From Candidatus Freyarchaeum deiterrae (GTDB taxonomy: Archaea; Asgardarchaeota; Jordiarchaeia; Jordiarchaeales; Jordiarchaeaceae), in NCBI GenBank assembly GCA_037305845.1, contig CP147778.1:64001-128000 (forward strand): a stretch of DNA of 64,000 bases, read 5' to 3'. The notes below the pieces were generated by a model. The model was not told the origin of the DNA and ran no database searches. It worked only from the letters and a program-made list of their open reading frames with translations. The position numbers and the translations under genes were made by a program. Numbering within the stretch: the first letter of the stretch is position 1; each line of letters opens with the position of its first letter. Below are positions 51,268 to 62,956 of this stretch, piece by piece.

Positions 51268-52215
51268 ATTTTTTATGGTAAATCGGTGTACATATATTAC
51301 TATCGCTCTTTGACACCCATTTTACTAAAAAATTTTGCAGCGTATAGCAAGGAAAAGGAGTAAATCCGTAGTCCGAAAAGGTTTCCTTTCTCATCCCTTT
51401 TCTTTTCATCAGTTTTCTCGACCTCATTAATAGTTACTTGTAACATTCTAATTTCTTGCTTAGATGTCACCGCTTTCTTACCTCTATTTTCCGCTTACTG
51501 TTTTCCATCTATTTCCCTTTTAATATTTATCTTTTATTATTACAATCTGAACTGCCCACCACAATGCTGAAGCGGTGATCTTCACTCAGCAAAAGTTTTG
51601 CGACCAACCCTTTCGACTATCCCTTCATTTAGGAGAAGTTAGTTGAAAGAAGCTGAAACCCCAAAACTCCTAATTGAAACCGAACACGTGGCTGCTCCCC
51701 TAAGTCCCTAAAAAACCAGGATCGAAGGATTCTTCCAGTTGTTATAGACTACTACTGCTTCCCTACTGTTTTCCTCAATTCTGTGAATTCTGCCAGCCAA
51801 ATCTCTCATCACCACGTCCGTTTTTCTTTTTCCCCTTAGTTCTAGTTCTCCCTAGTGTATTTTCTACATAACTTTGATGTTTATCATAACTTAATTCCTT
51901 TCCTCCAACCACCGAAATCTCCAGTTGCTACTTCAAAAAAAGTTAAGAGCTCAAAGGGAAAGGAAGGAAAAAACGGATAGACAGTTCTACTTTATTCCAT
52001 TAATCGTTTTTATACACCTCATTCAAAAAATAGTTGAACAGAACTAAATCACTCAATCTGAGGTTTTAGATTTTTTCGCAGCGTTAAAACACTATTCTCA
52101 GAACCCTAGACTGATTATGATGACTTCTAGTTGAAGTGGGAAGGAAAAAAATAAAAAAAGAGGAATTGGTTGATGGGTTTGTCTCGTCGATTCTCGGTAG
52201 TGTTTCTACGTGATT

Positions 52216-55200
52216 TCAATTAACCTTGGTTACCTGTACACTGCCCGCAGTCTCCACGTTGCCCGCGTTATCGGTGGACCTAAAGTATACGGTTGTGGTC
52301 CCCTTGGCTGAGATGATGAAAGGACCGGTGTAGGTGATCCAGTTGCTGGTGCCGTTTATGCTGTACTGCGTCAAAGCTACACCTGAAATGTTGTCCGTAG
52401 CTGTGAGTGTGACGGTTACGTTCGAGGTGTACCCGCCGCTACCCGTGGTGCCGCTCAGACTATATTTGGTCACTGGAGGGGTTCTGTCGATCTTCACCGT
52501 TACGTTGTTCATGCTCTCCACGTTGCCCGCGCTGTCGGTTGAGTTGTAGTACAGGGTTGTGGTTCCCTGAGCCGTGATGGTGAACGTACCGGTGTAGTTG
52601 GTCCAGCTGCCGGTGCTGTTTAATTTGTACTGAGTCTTAGTTGTGCCTGAGTATTTACTAGATACTGTGAGTGTGACTGTTACGTTGGAGGTATACCAGC
52701 CGTTACTCCCTAGAGTGCCGCTTAAGTTGTAAGTGGTCACAGGGGCATAGTCGATACTTATTTTTACGTTACTCGTAGTCCCGGTGTTGTTAGCGAGGTC
52801 GATTGACCGATAGTACAGGGTTGTGTTTCCCTTGGCTGTGATGGTGAACGGAGTACCGGTGTAGTTGGTCCAGCTGCCGGTGCTGTTTATGCTGTACTGC
52901 GTCAAAGCTACACCTGAAATGTTGTCGGTTGCTGTGAGTGCAACGGTTGCATTCCAGGCGTACCCGCCGTTACTCCTCTTAGTGCCGCTTACACTGCTGA
53001 TTGTGGTCACTGGAGGGGTCTTGTCAATCTTCACCGTTACGGAATTTAGGTAATAGTTGCCCGCGTTATCGAATGAGCCGTAGTATACGGTTGTGACTCC
53101 CTGGGTTGAGATGGTGAAAGAAGTAGTGTAGGAGACCGGGTTGCTGGTGCCGTTTATGCCGTAATATGTTCCAGAAATGCCTGAAACGCTGTCGGCCGAT
53201 GCTAGAGTAATGTTTACATTGGAGGTGTACCAGCCGTTAAGCCCCTTAGTGCCGCTCAGACTGGCTGTGGTCACTGGAGGGGTCTTGTCAATCTGTATAA
53301 TGCCAAGGTAAATGTGATAAGGCTCTATATTGAGAGCATTGTCGTACGACCCATAGTACAGGGTGTGCTTGCCCTCGGCTGAGATGGTGAAAGTACCATT
53401 ACAGTAGATCCAAGTGCCGTTGTTGTCTAACATATAGCAATATATCAAAACGCCTGAAGTGCTGTCGGTCGCGTTGAGTGTAAAGGTCACATCAGAGATG
53501 TACCACCCGTTGTTGAAAGGCCCTAGTGTGCCGCTTACACTGCTGATTGTGGTCACTGAAGGAGTCTTGTCAATCTTTACCGTTACATTATTTATGTTCT
53601 CTACCACGTTGCCCGCGTTGTCGGTTGAGTTGTAGGATAGGGTGTGGACTCCTTCTGCCGAGATTGTGAAAGGAGCAGTTTTGCATTTTAAACCCTGTAA
53701 ATTTATTCCCTACCTTTGTGTGGACTCCTTCTGCCGAGATTGTGAAAGGAGCAGTGTAGGTGATCCAGTTGGCGCCGTCTAGGCTATACTTTATCGTCTT
53801 AACGCCTGACGCGTTGTTATTCGGTGTGAGTGTGACTGTTACGTTAGATTTGTACCAACCGTAAAGCCCCGCAGTGCCGTTTAAGCTAATAAGGGTCATT
53901 GACATTGCGACAGCTATTGTTTTTGTATAATCCATTTGGCCCGCGTAGTCGGTTGAGTTAAAGTATACTGTTGTGGTTCCCCAGACTGTGATGTTGAAAG
54001 GACCATTGTAGGTTTTCCAGTTGGTCCCGTCAAAGCTGTACTGTGTCAGAGCTACGCCTGAACTGTTGTCAGTCGCGTTAAGTGTGACAATCACATTCGA
54101 GATGTACACTCCGTTAACCTGTATGCCGTTTAAGCTGATTGTGGTCACTGGAGGAGTCTTGTCAATCTTTATTGTTGCATTACTTATATTGTATTCACCA
54201 GCGTTGTCGATTGACGCATAGGATAGGTTGTGGACTCCTTCGGTTGAGATGGCGAACGGACCATTGTAGAGGAACCAGCCATTGCTGTCTAACATATACC
54301 CAGTCATCCAAACGCCTGAAATGTTGTCGGTCGCGTTGAGCGTGACATTCACATCCGAGGTGTACCAGCCGTTACTCCCCCGCGTGCCGTTTAAGCTGAT
54401 TGTGGTCACTGGAGGAGTCTTGTCAATCTTCAGCGTTACATTGTTCGTTTTCTCCGCGTTGCCCTTGTTATCGGTCGAGTTGTAGTAAAGGGTGTTGATT
54501 CCCTCAGCTGAGATGGTGAACGGAGCGGTGTAGTTGGTCCAATTGTTGCTGTTCAATTTGTATCCTGTTGTCCAAACTTTTGTAGCGTTGTCTGTGGCGT
54601 TGAGTGTGACGGTTACATTTGAGGTATACCAGCCGTTAAGACCCTGGGTGCCGTTTAGTTTTACGGAGGTCACCAGGGGAGCCCTCTGAATAGTTATTGT
54701 TCTGGTGCTTGTGTTCTCCACGTTGCCCGCGTAGTCGGTTGAGTTGTAGGCTATGGTGTGGACTCCGTTGGTTGAGATGTTGAACGGACCGGTGTAGTTA
54801 ACCCAGCTGCTGCTATCCAATTTGTACCCCGTTATTATGGGGAGAGCCGTACAGTTGGTGGCTGAGGCGTTTTTGGTCGTGTTGAGTATGAAGTTTAAAT
54901 TCAGGAGGTTGGATGCTGCTGCAGCGGTGTCGGTCGCTTTAAGTGTGACGATTACGTTCGAGGTGTACGTGCCGTTACTCGCCTGGACGCCGTTCAAACC
55001 GATACTGGTCACTGGAGGAGCCTTGTCAACAAGTATTGGTTCAATATGTACATCCTCAATGTTTCCTGCAAAGTTGATTGACCTGTAGTACAGAATTGTG
55101 ACCCCTTCGTTTGAGATGGTTGTTGAGGTAGAGAGTGGCTTGGCGCTGGTGTTGCCCTGGTTAGTTGTTCGGGTGAGGAACGGAAAATAGAAGGTCTGGT

Positions 55201-58200
55201 TGGTTGAGACGGTGAGTGAACCATTGTAATTGAACCAGTTGATACAGTCAAAGCTATACTCAACCATAGCAATGCCTGAAGTACCAGTGGTTCCTGTGAG
55301 ATTAACGTTCACATCCGAGGTATACCAGTGGTTTTGCCCCAGTGTGCCGCTTAAATTTATGTTGGTCGCTGTAGGGGTCTTGTCAACCATTACTGTTGCA
55401 CTACTTGCGTTCTCAACGTTGCCCACGTTATCGGTTGACTTGTAGTATATGGTTGTGGTTCCCTCATTTGAGATGGTGAACGGACCAGTGAAATTGGTCC
55501 AGTTGGTGGTGCCGTTTATGCTGTATTGAGTTATAGCTACGCCTGATTCGCTGTCGGTCGGGTGGAGTGTGACGTCAACATCGGAGGTGTACCAGCCGTT
55601 AAGCCCCGGTGTAGCGTTCAAACTAGCTGTGGTTACTGGTGGAGTCTTGTCAATATTTACAGTTATGTTACCAGAATTCACGTTGCTCGCGTCATCAATT
55701 GACCTGTAGTATATGGTTGTGGTCCCCTCGGTTGAGATGGTTATTGATATGTTAGATGGTGGAATATATATCCAAAGGGGGATTTTCAACCACCCAATGT
55801 CCCAGAAGCCTATAAAATACAACTGACCGTTGTAGGTGTACCAGTTGGTGCCGTCGAAGCTGTACTGTATAGTAGTAACGCCTGAAACGGAGTCATTTGT
55901 TGTGAGTGTGAAATTCACATCAGAATTGTACCAACCGCTAAGCGTCTGGGTGCCAGTGCTACTCAAACCTGTTGTAACTACTGGCGGGGTCTCGTCAATC
56001 TTTACCTCATATATACCTGCTGGGTACTCTACGTTGCCAGCGTTATCAGTTGAGTTGAAATATATGTCTTTGATCCCCTCGGCTGAGATGATGAAAGGTC
56101 CGGTGTAATTGATCCATTCGCTGTCGTTTAAGCTGTACTGGGTCATAGCTACACCTGATGTACTATCGGTTGCTGTGAGTGTGACAGTTATGTTTGAGGT
56201 GTACCAGTTGTCTCTTCCCAGCGTGCCGCTCAAGCTAATTAAGGTCACCGGTGGAGTCTTGTCAATCATTATTGTTACGTTTTTTGCACTCTCCACATTG
56301 CCAGCCAAGTCGATTGATTGGTAATAGAGGGTTGTGATTCCCTCGGTTGTGATAATGAGTGAACCGGTATAGGTGTTCCAGTTGACGCCGTCAAGGCTGT
56401 ACTCCGTCTTAATGGAAGCGCCTGGAGCGTTGTCGGTCGCGTTGAGTATGACGTTCACATCGGAGGTGTACCAGTTGTTAAGCCCCGGTGTGCCGCTTAG
56501 ATTAGCTGTGGTTATTGGAGTAGACTTGTCAATCATTATTGGTACATTACTTGTAGTCTCCACATTACCCCCTTTGTCGACTGAATAGTAGTACAGGGTT
56601 GTGGTTCCCTCATTTGAGATGGTGAACGGACCGGTGTATAAATACCAAGTGGTATTGTCGAAACTGTACTCTGTCGCAGCAATCTGTGGGCCGTTGCTGG
56701 TCACCGATAGAGTGACCCTCACGTTTGATATGTACCAGCCGTTAAGCCCCGGTGTGCCACTAAAACTAGCTGTGGTCCATGGAGGAACCTTGAGCACTTG
56801 TATTGTTTTTGTGTCCTCCACATTGCCCGCATTATCAATTGACCTGTAGTATAAGTTTGTGGTTCCCATTTTTGTAATGGCGAACGGACCAGTGTAATTG
56901 AACCAGTTTACGCCGTCGAAGCTGTTCTCTGTACTGCTCACGCCTGAAATGCCGTCTCTTGCTGTTAGTGTGACGTTCACATCGGTGGTGAACCCTCCAC
57001 TTATCCCCTGTGTGCTGCTTAAAAGTGTACCGTTTAGATTGATATTGGTTACTGGTGGAGTCTTGTCGATCAGCACGGATATGTTGTTTGTGTTCTCCAC
57101 ATTGCCCACCAAGTCGATTGAGCGGTAATAGAGGGTTGTGTTCCCCTCGCTTGTGATGATGAATGGATTGGTGTAGGTGTTCCAGTTGGTGGTGCTATTG
57201 ATGCCGTACTGCGTAAGAGCTACGCCTGAAGCATCGTCTGTTGCGGTGAGTGTGACTGCTACTTTTGAGGTGTTCCAGCCGTTAAGTCCCTGGATGCCGC
57301 TTAAACTAGCTGTGGTTGCTGGAGGATTCTGGTCGACATATATCGTCATGGTGTTGGTCGGTTCCGTGTTGCCGGCGACGTCGACTGACCTGTAGTACAG
57401 AGTTGTGGTGGTTGATATCGTGGGTAGATTGCTGGAGTTGTAGATAATCCAATTGGTGCCATCAGTGCTGTACTCCGTCCTGTCTATGGCTAAGCCTAAA
57501 ATGCTGGTTGCTGTGAATGTTAAGATAACATTGGAGGTGTACCATCCGTTAATTGGTCCAGTGCCACTTAAGAGAATACTGGTCGACGGAGCCTTATTGA
57601 TCGTTATTGTAATACTCTTTGTTTGTTCCATGTTCCCTGCTTCATCGGTTGAGTTGTAGTATATGGTTGTGGTTCCTGCATTTGAGATGGTGAACGGACC
57701 GGTGTATAAATTCCAGGTTTTATTATCGAAACTGTACTCCGTCGCCCAAATTTTTGGGCCGCTGCTGGTTGCCGATAGAGTTACCCTCACGTTTGAGATG
57801 TACGAGTCACCGTTTCCTTTAATGCCGCTTAAACTAGCACTGGTCGAGGGGGGTGGAACATCGTCGAACCATATGAAAGAGCCTGCTCCGATGTAGTACC
57901 AGAAGCCAATAAACCAAGCAATCATAATATTGACATTATTATCAGCAAGTATATAGCACACTCCTTGGTCGGGACATATCTGCTCAGTTGCGCCATCATA
58001 CGCTACAACAAAGTTTTGCATATATGAAAAGCCAGCTACCAGTTCCCAAGCTGGGCAAATCAGGTGAAATGTCGTGAGTTCCATGAAACCAAAAGCGGGA
58101 TCATTATCCAAATTGAAGAGATAAGTCTGGTATATAACGTTAAAATCGTTTTCCAACTGGGTTGAATAATCTAGTAATGCTGCTTCAATTATTGCGTCTA

Positions 58201-59152
58201 TTAAAGCTCCAATAGGGTTAACCTTCAGAGCAATCATAGCTACCTCTGCTATTGCACTTAGTGAAACGTCCACATATGGATTAATTTCGAGTCCTTCATG
58301 GTCATAATAGAGGACATTAAGTGCTGAGTTTACGAATAAATACGCTTGATTATCCGCAGTAGGATACTGAACTATTGCTCCGCATTCAAAGCCGTATAGG
58401 ATACATATGCAACACCACCACCAAAAGTATACAAAATAATACAGCGGCAGAATCATTTCCATTACCCATGGGTCTGAGATCAGTGTTCCATTGAGATCGT
58501 ACACCGACGTTTTGAGGACATACATTGTTGTTCCGTTTACGTCCATTGCGTAGTCTCCTGTAACCTGTATGCAGTTGGTGCCGTTTATCGTTATAGTTTG
58601 GTTCCACTCTTTTACCAGTGTACCCTCGGTGGTGACGAGGCTCATGTAATTGGAAGTGGCTACTTCTTTTGTGAACTGGATCATGTTGGCTTGTATCTCT
58701 TGGCTGAGTAGTTGGTCGTACTGTTTGAAGAGTTTCTGGTCTTTGGGGTTTTCGGACAGGAACTGGGTGAACATTTTGGTGACGGTCGCGTTATCACGCG
58801 AGCTGGCTGCAGTCATCATCCTTTCTGTGCTGCTCAGCGTCCAAGTTTTGAAGTCCTCGTTTATCCGGGCTTGAACACCCTCCTTTGTGGTGTTCTGGTT
58901 GATGTTGTTTAGCAGGTCTGGGTTCATTGTATTCTGGGGGTTGAGTGAGTTGGGGGTTGTGGTGCTCATGGAGTTGGAGGTTGGTGCTTGCTTCTGGTTA
59001 AGGAGCGCCGCTAGATTGAGATTCGGGTATCCTGAGGAGGGTATTTTGTTGGTCTGCACTGCTATGATGCCTGTTCCTATGGTTAGCGTTAACACTGCTA
59101 GAAACACTACGAGCACTGTTCTAATGCTTTTCTTCACTCTTATTTCTCCCAA
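52216..59152 (-). pseudogene. Giant secreted/surface protein with about 20 Ig-like (DKTPP, OmpL47/CHB_HEX_C-like) repeats, frameshifted by a 76-bp insertion
   Basis: N-terminal signal/TM. The two ORFs join into one 2286-aa frame when 76 bp are removed (…AEGVHT|LSYNSTDNAGNVVEN…). Confidence 0.88.
53642..53755. repeat. 38-bp perfect direct repeat flanking a 38-bp unrelated insert
   Basis: gtgtggactccttctgccgagattgtgaaaggagcagt at 53642-53679 and 53718-53755. Confidence 0.95.
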
Positions 59153-59351
59153 TTTTTTATTTTAGCAGAAAGAATTCCGTTAACAGGACTATAGCTAATC
59201 CTGTTTGATGTCCTAATTCCCTGCTATTCTTTTTCTTTCGAAGGTTCAAGTATTTAAAAGTTTTTTTTCGTGCAAACTGTGTATCCTCGTAAATATTTAA
59301 AAGAATGATAGGAAATAGATATGGGATGATATTGTGAGGGATGCCCTGACT

Positions 59352-60431
59352 ATGAAGCCGCGTGAAAGGGTTCTCAGAGCTCTTATGCACGAAGAACCGG
59401 ATAGGGTTCCGTTATTTGAACTGGCTGTCAGTCCCGTAGTTTTAGGTAAGATTTTCAATAAGAAGCCCGAGGAGGTTTTATCGGTATTCGCGGGGTGGGA
59501 GACTGAGTATGGCCTTTATGAGAAACTCGGTTTGGATAGCTCCACAATATATACTCTTATGTTCAACCCCAAAAACTCTAGAGGATTGGACAAGGACAGG
59601 TATGTTGACTCCTGGGGTAAAATCTATAGCGCTAATGTTTCAGCAGCGTACATTTCTCGGTTCTACATTGGAGGGTACCTGACGACCCCTGAAAAATATG
59701 ATGAATTTCCTAAACTGGACCCACTAGATTCCTATGGAATTGAACAATGCAAAAGTGCTCTGAAGGCTGCTGGTGACCGTATCTTTCCTGTAGCCGCTGT
59801 GGGTTCCATTTGGGAGGTTCAGGGTGAGGCTTTGGGCTGGGAGAATATGTTTCGTTACATTTTCACCAAACCGGATTTTGTTAAGAGAGTTTTGGAGGAC
59901 TCCACAAAGTTCCTCATTGAACTCGGAAAGGCGTGTATAGATTTGGGGGCTGAGGTGCTCTTGGATTGGGATGACTATGGTTACACGGAGGGTCCTATGA
60001 TTTCTCCGAAGCACTTTCGGCAGTTCGTCTTCCCCTGTCTCAAAAAGGCAGCCGATGAATTCCACCGTAGAGGCGCATTCTTCATGGTGCACTCCGACGG
60101 AGATATTCGACTGCTCATGGATACGATAATAGAGGCGGGTGTGGACGCTGTACAGCCTCTTGAACCGAAAGCGGGTATGAAAATCAACGAGGTTGCGGAA
60201 AAATGGGGGGGCAGAATTTGCTTGGTGGGAAACATTGACGCTGCTCACCTTCTGCCCTTCGGAACCACCGAGGAGGTAGCCCAAGAGGTGAAGAACGCCA
60301 TAAATGCAGCTGCTCCAGGAGGAGGCTACATTCTGGGCTCCGGACATCAGATTAATGACTGGTGCAAACCAGAAAACTTCCTAGCCCAAATCAAAGCGGC
60401 AAAAGAATATGGAAAATATACTACCCGTTAA
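59352..60431 (+). CDS. UroD/MtaA-CmuA family protein
   Basis: EEPDRVP, DDYG, HSDG, GNID, GGGYILGSGH. Confidence 0.9.
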   Translation: MKPRERVLRALMHEEPDRVPLFELAVSPVVLGKIFNKKPEEVLSVFAGWETEYGLYEKLGLDSSTIYTLMFNPKNSRGLDKDRYVDSWGKIYSANVSAAYISRFYIGGYLTTPEKYDEFPKLDPLDSYGIEQCKSALKAAGDRIFPVAAVGSIWEVQGEALGWENMFRYIFTKPDFVKRVLEDSTKFLIELGKACIDLGAEVLLDWDDYGYTEGPMISPKHFRQFVFPCLKKAADEFHRRGAFFMVHSDGDIRLLMDTIIEAGVDAVQPLEPKAGMKINEVAEKWGGRICLVGNIDAAHLLPFGTTEEVAQEVKNAINAAAPGGGYILGSGHQINDWCKPENFLAQIKAAKEYGKYTTR

Positions 60432-60715
60432 GAGACTTGTTAAAGTTATTAAATCCGTTGGATATGAAAAACTCGATAAGTGCCCTAAATTTTAAGGCGT
60501 TAAATTGACGACTGAAAATTTCGGAAATAAGATAAGGCTTCGGAATTTATTCAAGCTAACAATAAAGTTTTTAATAACATTCGCAATATTTTTAATTAGT
60601 AGGATTATTTATCATGAAAACGTATAACGGGTTTAAAAAAGATAGAAACACTCTCAAAGAGTGCTAAAGCAAACTGAGTCAAAACACTAAAGTATTATGA
60701 AAGAAGGAGACAAAC

Positions 60716-61060
60716 ATAGTAAGTGCAAAGACGAGGAAGAGAGTCATAATTATACTCTCTACAGTAGCTATTGCAATCGTACTAGTAACATGTCTCATCT
60801 TAATACTAATCCTGAACCAAAACCAAAACAATTTTCAGTTCCTCAGCTTCGCATTTGAAGGCATCATCACTTACTCACCTCCACCAATTTCTCAATTTAT
60901 TCTGTTTTTAGTCTTTTACTACGGGTATCAGAATACAAGCCAAACTCCTATTACTCTGTTTGAGTATTTGTGGATTGGGTTCTTTTCGGTAGACCTGTCT
61001 TTATTTTTGTTAGCTGTGTACTCCAAGCATAGAAGTAAGGAAGAGCACAATCACCATTGA
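60716..61060 (+). CDS. Small membrane protein (114 aa), apparent ATA start
   Basis: Hand-translated open frame with 2-3 TMs, after an AAGGAG SD. Confidence 0.45.
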   Translation: MVSAKTRKRVIIILSTVAIAIVLVTCLILILILNQNQNNFQFLSFAFEGIITYSPPPISQFILFLVFYYGYQNTSQTPITLFEYLWIGFFSVDLSLFLLAVYSKHRSKEEHNHH

Positions 61061-61600
61061 GGGTATGTCTTAACGTGCCCCTCATTCCAAAAATTTAGGG
61101 TGCTTGTTCTGTGACGCTGGGATTACAGAAGATGTCGAATTCGGCCCTGTTGTGGTGAGGTTCGGACGAGGTGCTCCGTATGCAATCAGGACACCATTTC
61201 AGAAGACCAGTTCAGTTGGTGTCCCTAATGTGATACCATGAGCCATAGAGACCATTTACTTGATTGAGTAAAGGTGAAGAGGTACTGTCCGAGTTGCAGG
61301 CATGAACTTAAAAAAGAGATGTCACGTAGAAGACCTTCTTTTTAAACAAATAGTGCCTTTCCCTTTCTTCGCTTGAGTTAAGTGAAGCAGGCTGAATATC
61401 TTGTTCCCATATTTAATTTTCACAACTTTCCTATTGAAACAAGACTCGGGTATGATATGAAATAGCGGTTAAGCCAATTCTCTTATTAATTCTCTCTTAC
61501 TTTCAATTCGGGATGATGTGCGGCTTCTAATCTTCAGAAAGAGACGCTGATGAGCGCTATTTGAGCAGAATAGAAGGTTATTTCATTGACTCTAATCATT

Positions 61601-61683
61601 AGATAAACGATTGGTGCGAGTCAAAAAATTTTCCTGCTCAAATTAAAACAGCTAAGGAATACGAGAAATATCCTTTACGCTGG
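61601..61683 (+). pseudogene. 3' remnant of a UroD/MtaA paralogue
   Basis: INDWC.SKNF.AQIKTAKEYEKY, similar to 60351-60431. Confidence 0.7.
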
Positions 61684-61796
61684 ATTTTCGTAAAGTTTTT
61701 AGGTTATAGGTTTGCGGATAGTATTTAAACACGCTAGCTTAAAAATTTGATAAGTATTTAGTAAAACTTTTAATTCACTTAACAGTGGTTGAGTAA

Positions 61797-62852
61797 ATGA
61801 CTCCTAAGGAGAGAATCTTGAAAGCTTTGTATGGAGAGGAGCCAGACACCGTTCCCTTATTTGAGATTGAGATAAATGTGCCGATAGTTAGAAAACTTTT
61901 GGGAAGAACGCCAACGAATGCTCTGGATTTCTATGAGGTTTATAGTGGTTATGGATTGGATGGAATAAATTTTTGGGATAATTGGAGACCAGTCAAGCCT
62001 CTGAATGAGAAGTACTTTATTGATGACTGGGCTAGAGTTTGGGGAGTTGAAGAGAATGAAGTAACCTTTTATGTGGGGGGTACAATCAACACCACCGAAG
62101 ATTTTGATAATTTTTCGCCGCCCGACCCCTTTGATTACGATAGATTAGACAGGCTCAGGAAAGTGATAAAAAACAATAAGAAGCAACTCGCTGTCGTTGG
62201 TGGAATTCATGATGCTTACGAGATTCCCTCACAGATGAGGGGTGTGAACAACTTTCTCGTAGATCTGTTTAAGAATCCGAGTTTTGCAAGGAGAATCATT
62301 GAGACTTCTGTAGATTATAACATTGAACTGGCAAAGGCGATGATTGACCTAGGTGTAGACGCTCTGATTTCTGGCGATGACTATGCGTATAAACATGGAC
62401 CCTTTATGTCCTTGAAACTTTTCAGAGAATTCATAACCTCCTATTTAAAAAAAATCATAGACACGGTTCATCACTGCGGAATACCATTCATTAAGCACTG
62501 CGACGGCAACATATGGCCCATATTAGACGATATGGTGAACACCGGAATAGATGCACTGCACCCCATAGAACCCCAAGCAGGAATGAGCCTGAGGGAAGTC
62601 AAAGAAAAATATGGAAACAAGATATGCGTAATGGGCAACGTAGACGTGACAAACGTACTGCCCCTCGGAACCGTTGAAGACACGGTTAAAGATGTAAAAA
62701 GATGCATAGAAGAAGCAGCAAGCGGGGGAGGGTACATCTTAAGCTCAAGCAACTCTATCCACAACGCTGTCAAAATTGAAAACTTCAAAGCCATGATCGA
62801 AGCCACAAAAAAATATGGCAAATACATGCACAAAGAAAAAAAAGTTAAGTAA
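61797..62852 (+). CDS. UroD/MtaA-CmuA family protein
   Basis: EPDTVP, GDDYA, KHCDG, GNVD, GGGYILSSSNSIH. Confidence 0.9.
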   Translation: MTPKERILKALYGEEPDTVPLFEIEINVPIVRKLLGRTPTNALDFYEVYSGYGLDGINFWDNWRPVKPLNEKYFIDDWARVWGVEENEVTFYVGGTINTTEDFDNFSPPDPFDYDRLDRLRKVIKNNKKQLAVVGGIHDAYEIPSQMRGVNNFLVDLFKNPSFARRIIETSVDYNIELAKAMIDLGVDALISGDDYAYKHGPFMSLKLFREFITSYLKKIIDTVHHCGIPFIKHCDGNIWPILDDMVNTGIDALHPIEPQAGMSLREVKEKYGNKICVMGNVDVTNVLPLGTVEDTVKDVKRCIEEAASGGGYILSSSNSIHNAVKIENFKAMIEATKKYGKYMHKEKKVK

Positions 62853-62956
62853 AATCTTCTTTTTGATCTTCTCGGGTGAAAGGCCAGTCGAAAACCTCTT
62901 GGTTAGATTAAACTACTTCAGCTAGGTTCTTTGAAGGCTTCTTTCCGAATAAAATT

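Noticed and set aside
51630-51680. Leader-like cctttcga and an ATTGAAAC ending suggesting another repeat
   Set aside because: Single copy, no periodicity and no match to the array repeat body.
53642-53755. Programmed frameshift or archaeal intron as the explanation of the split gene
   Set aside because: No slippery site or bulge-helix-bulge seen; the exact duplication plus filler accounts for the frame change.
52334-59165. Many short plus-strand ORFs
   Set aside because: Antisense shadows of the repetitive surface gene.
60837-60846. agttcctcag match to the repeat
   Set aside because: A 10-mer inside a probable ORF with non-matching flanks.
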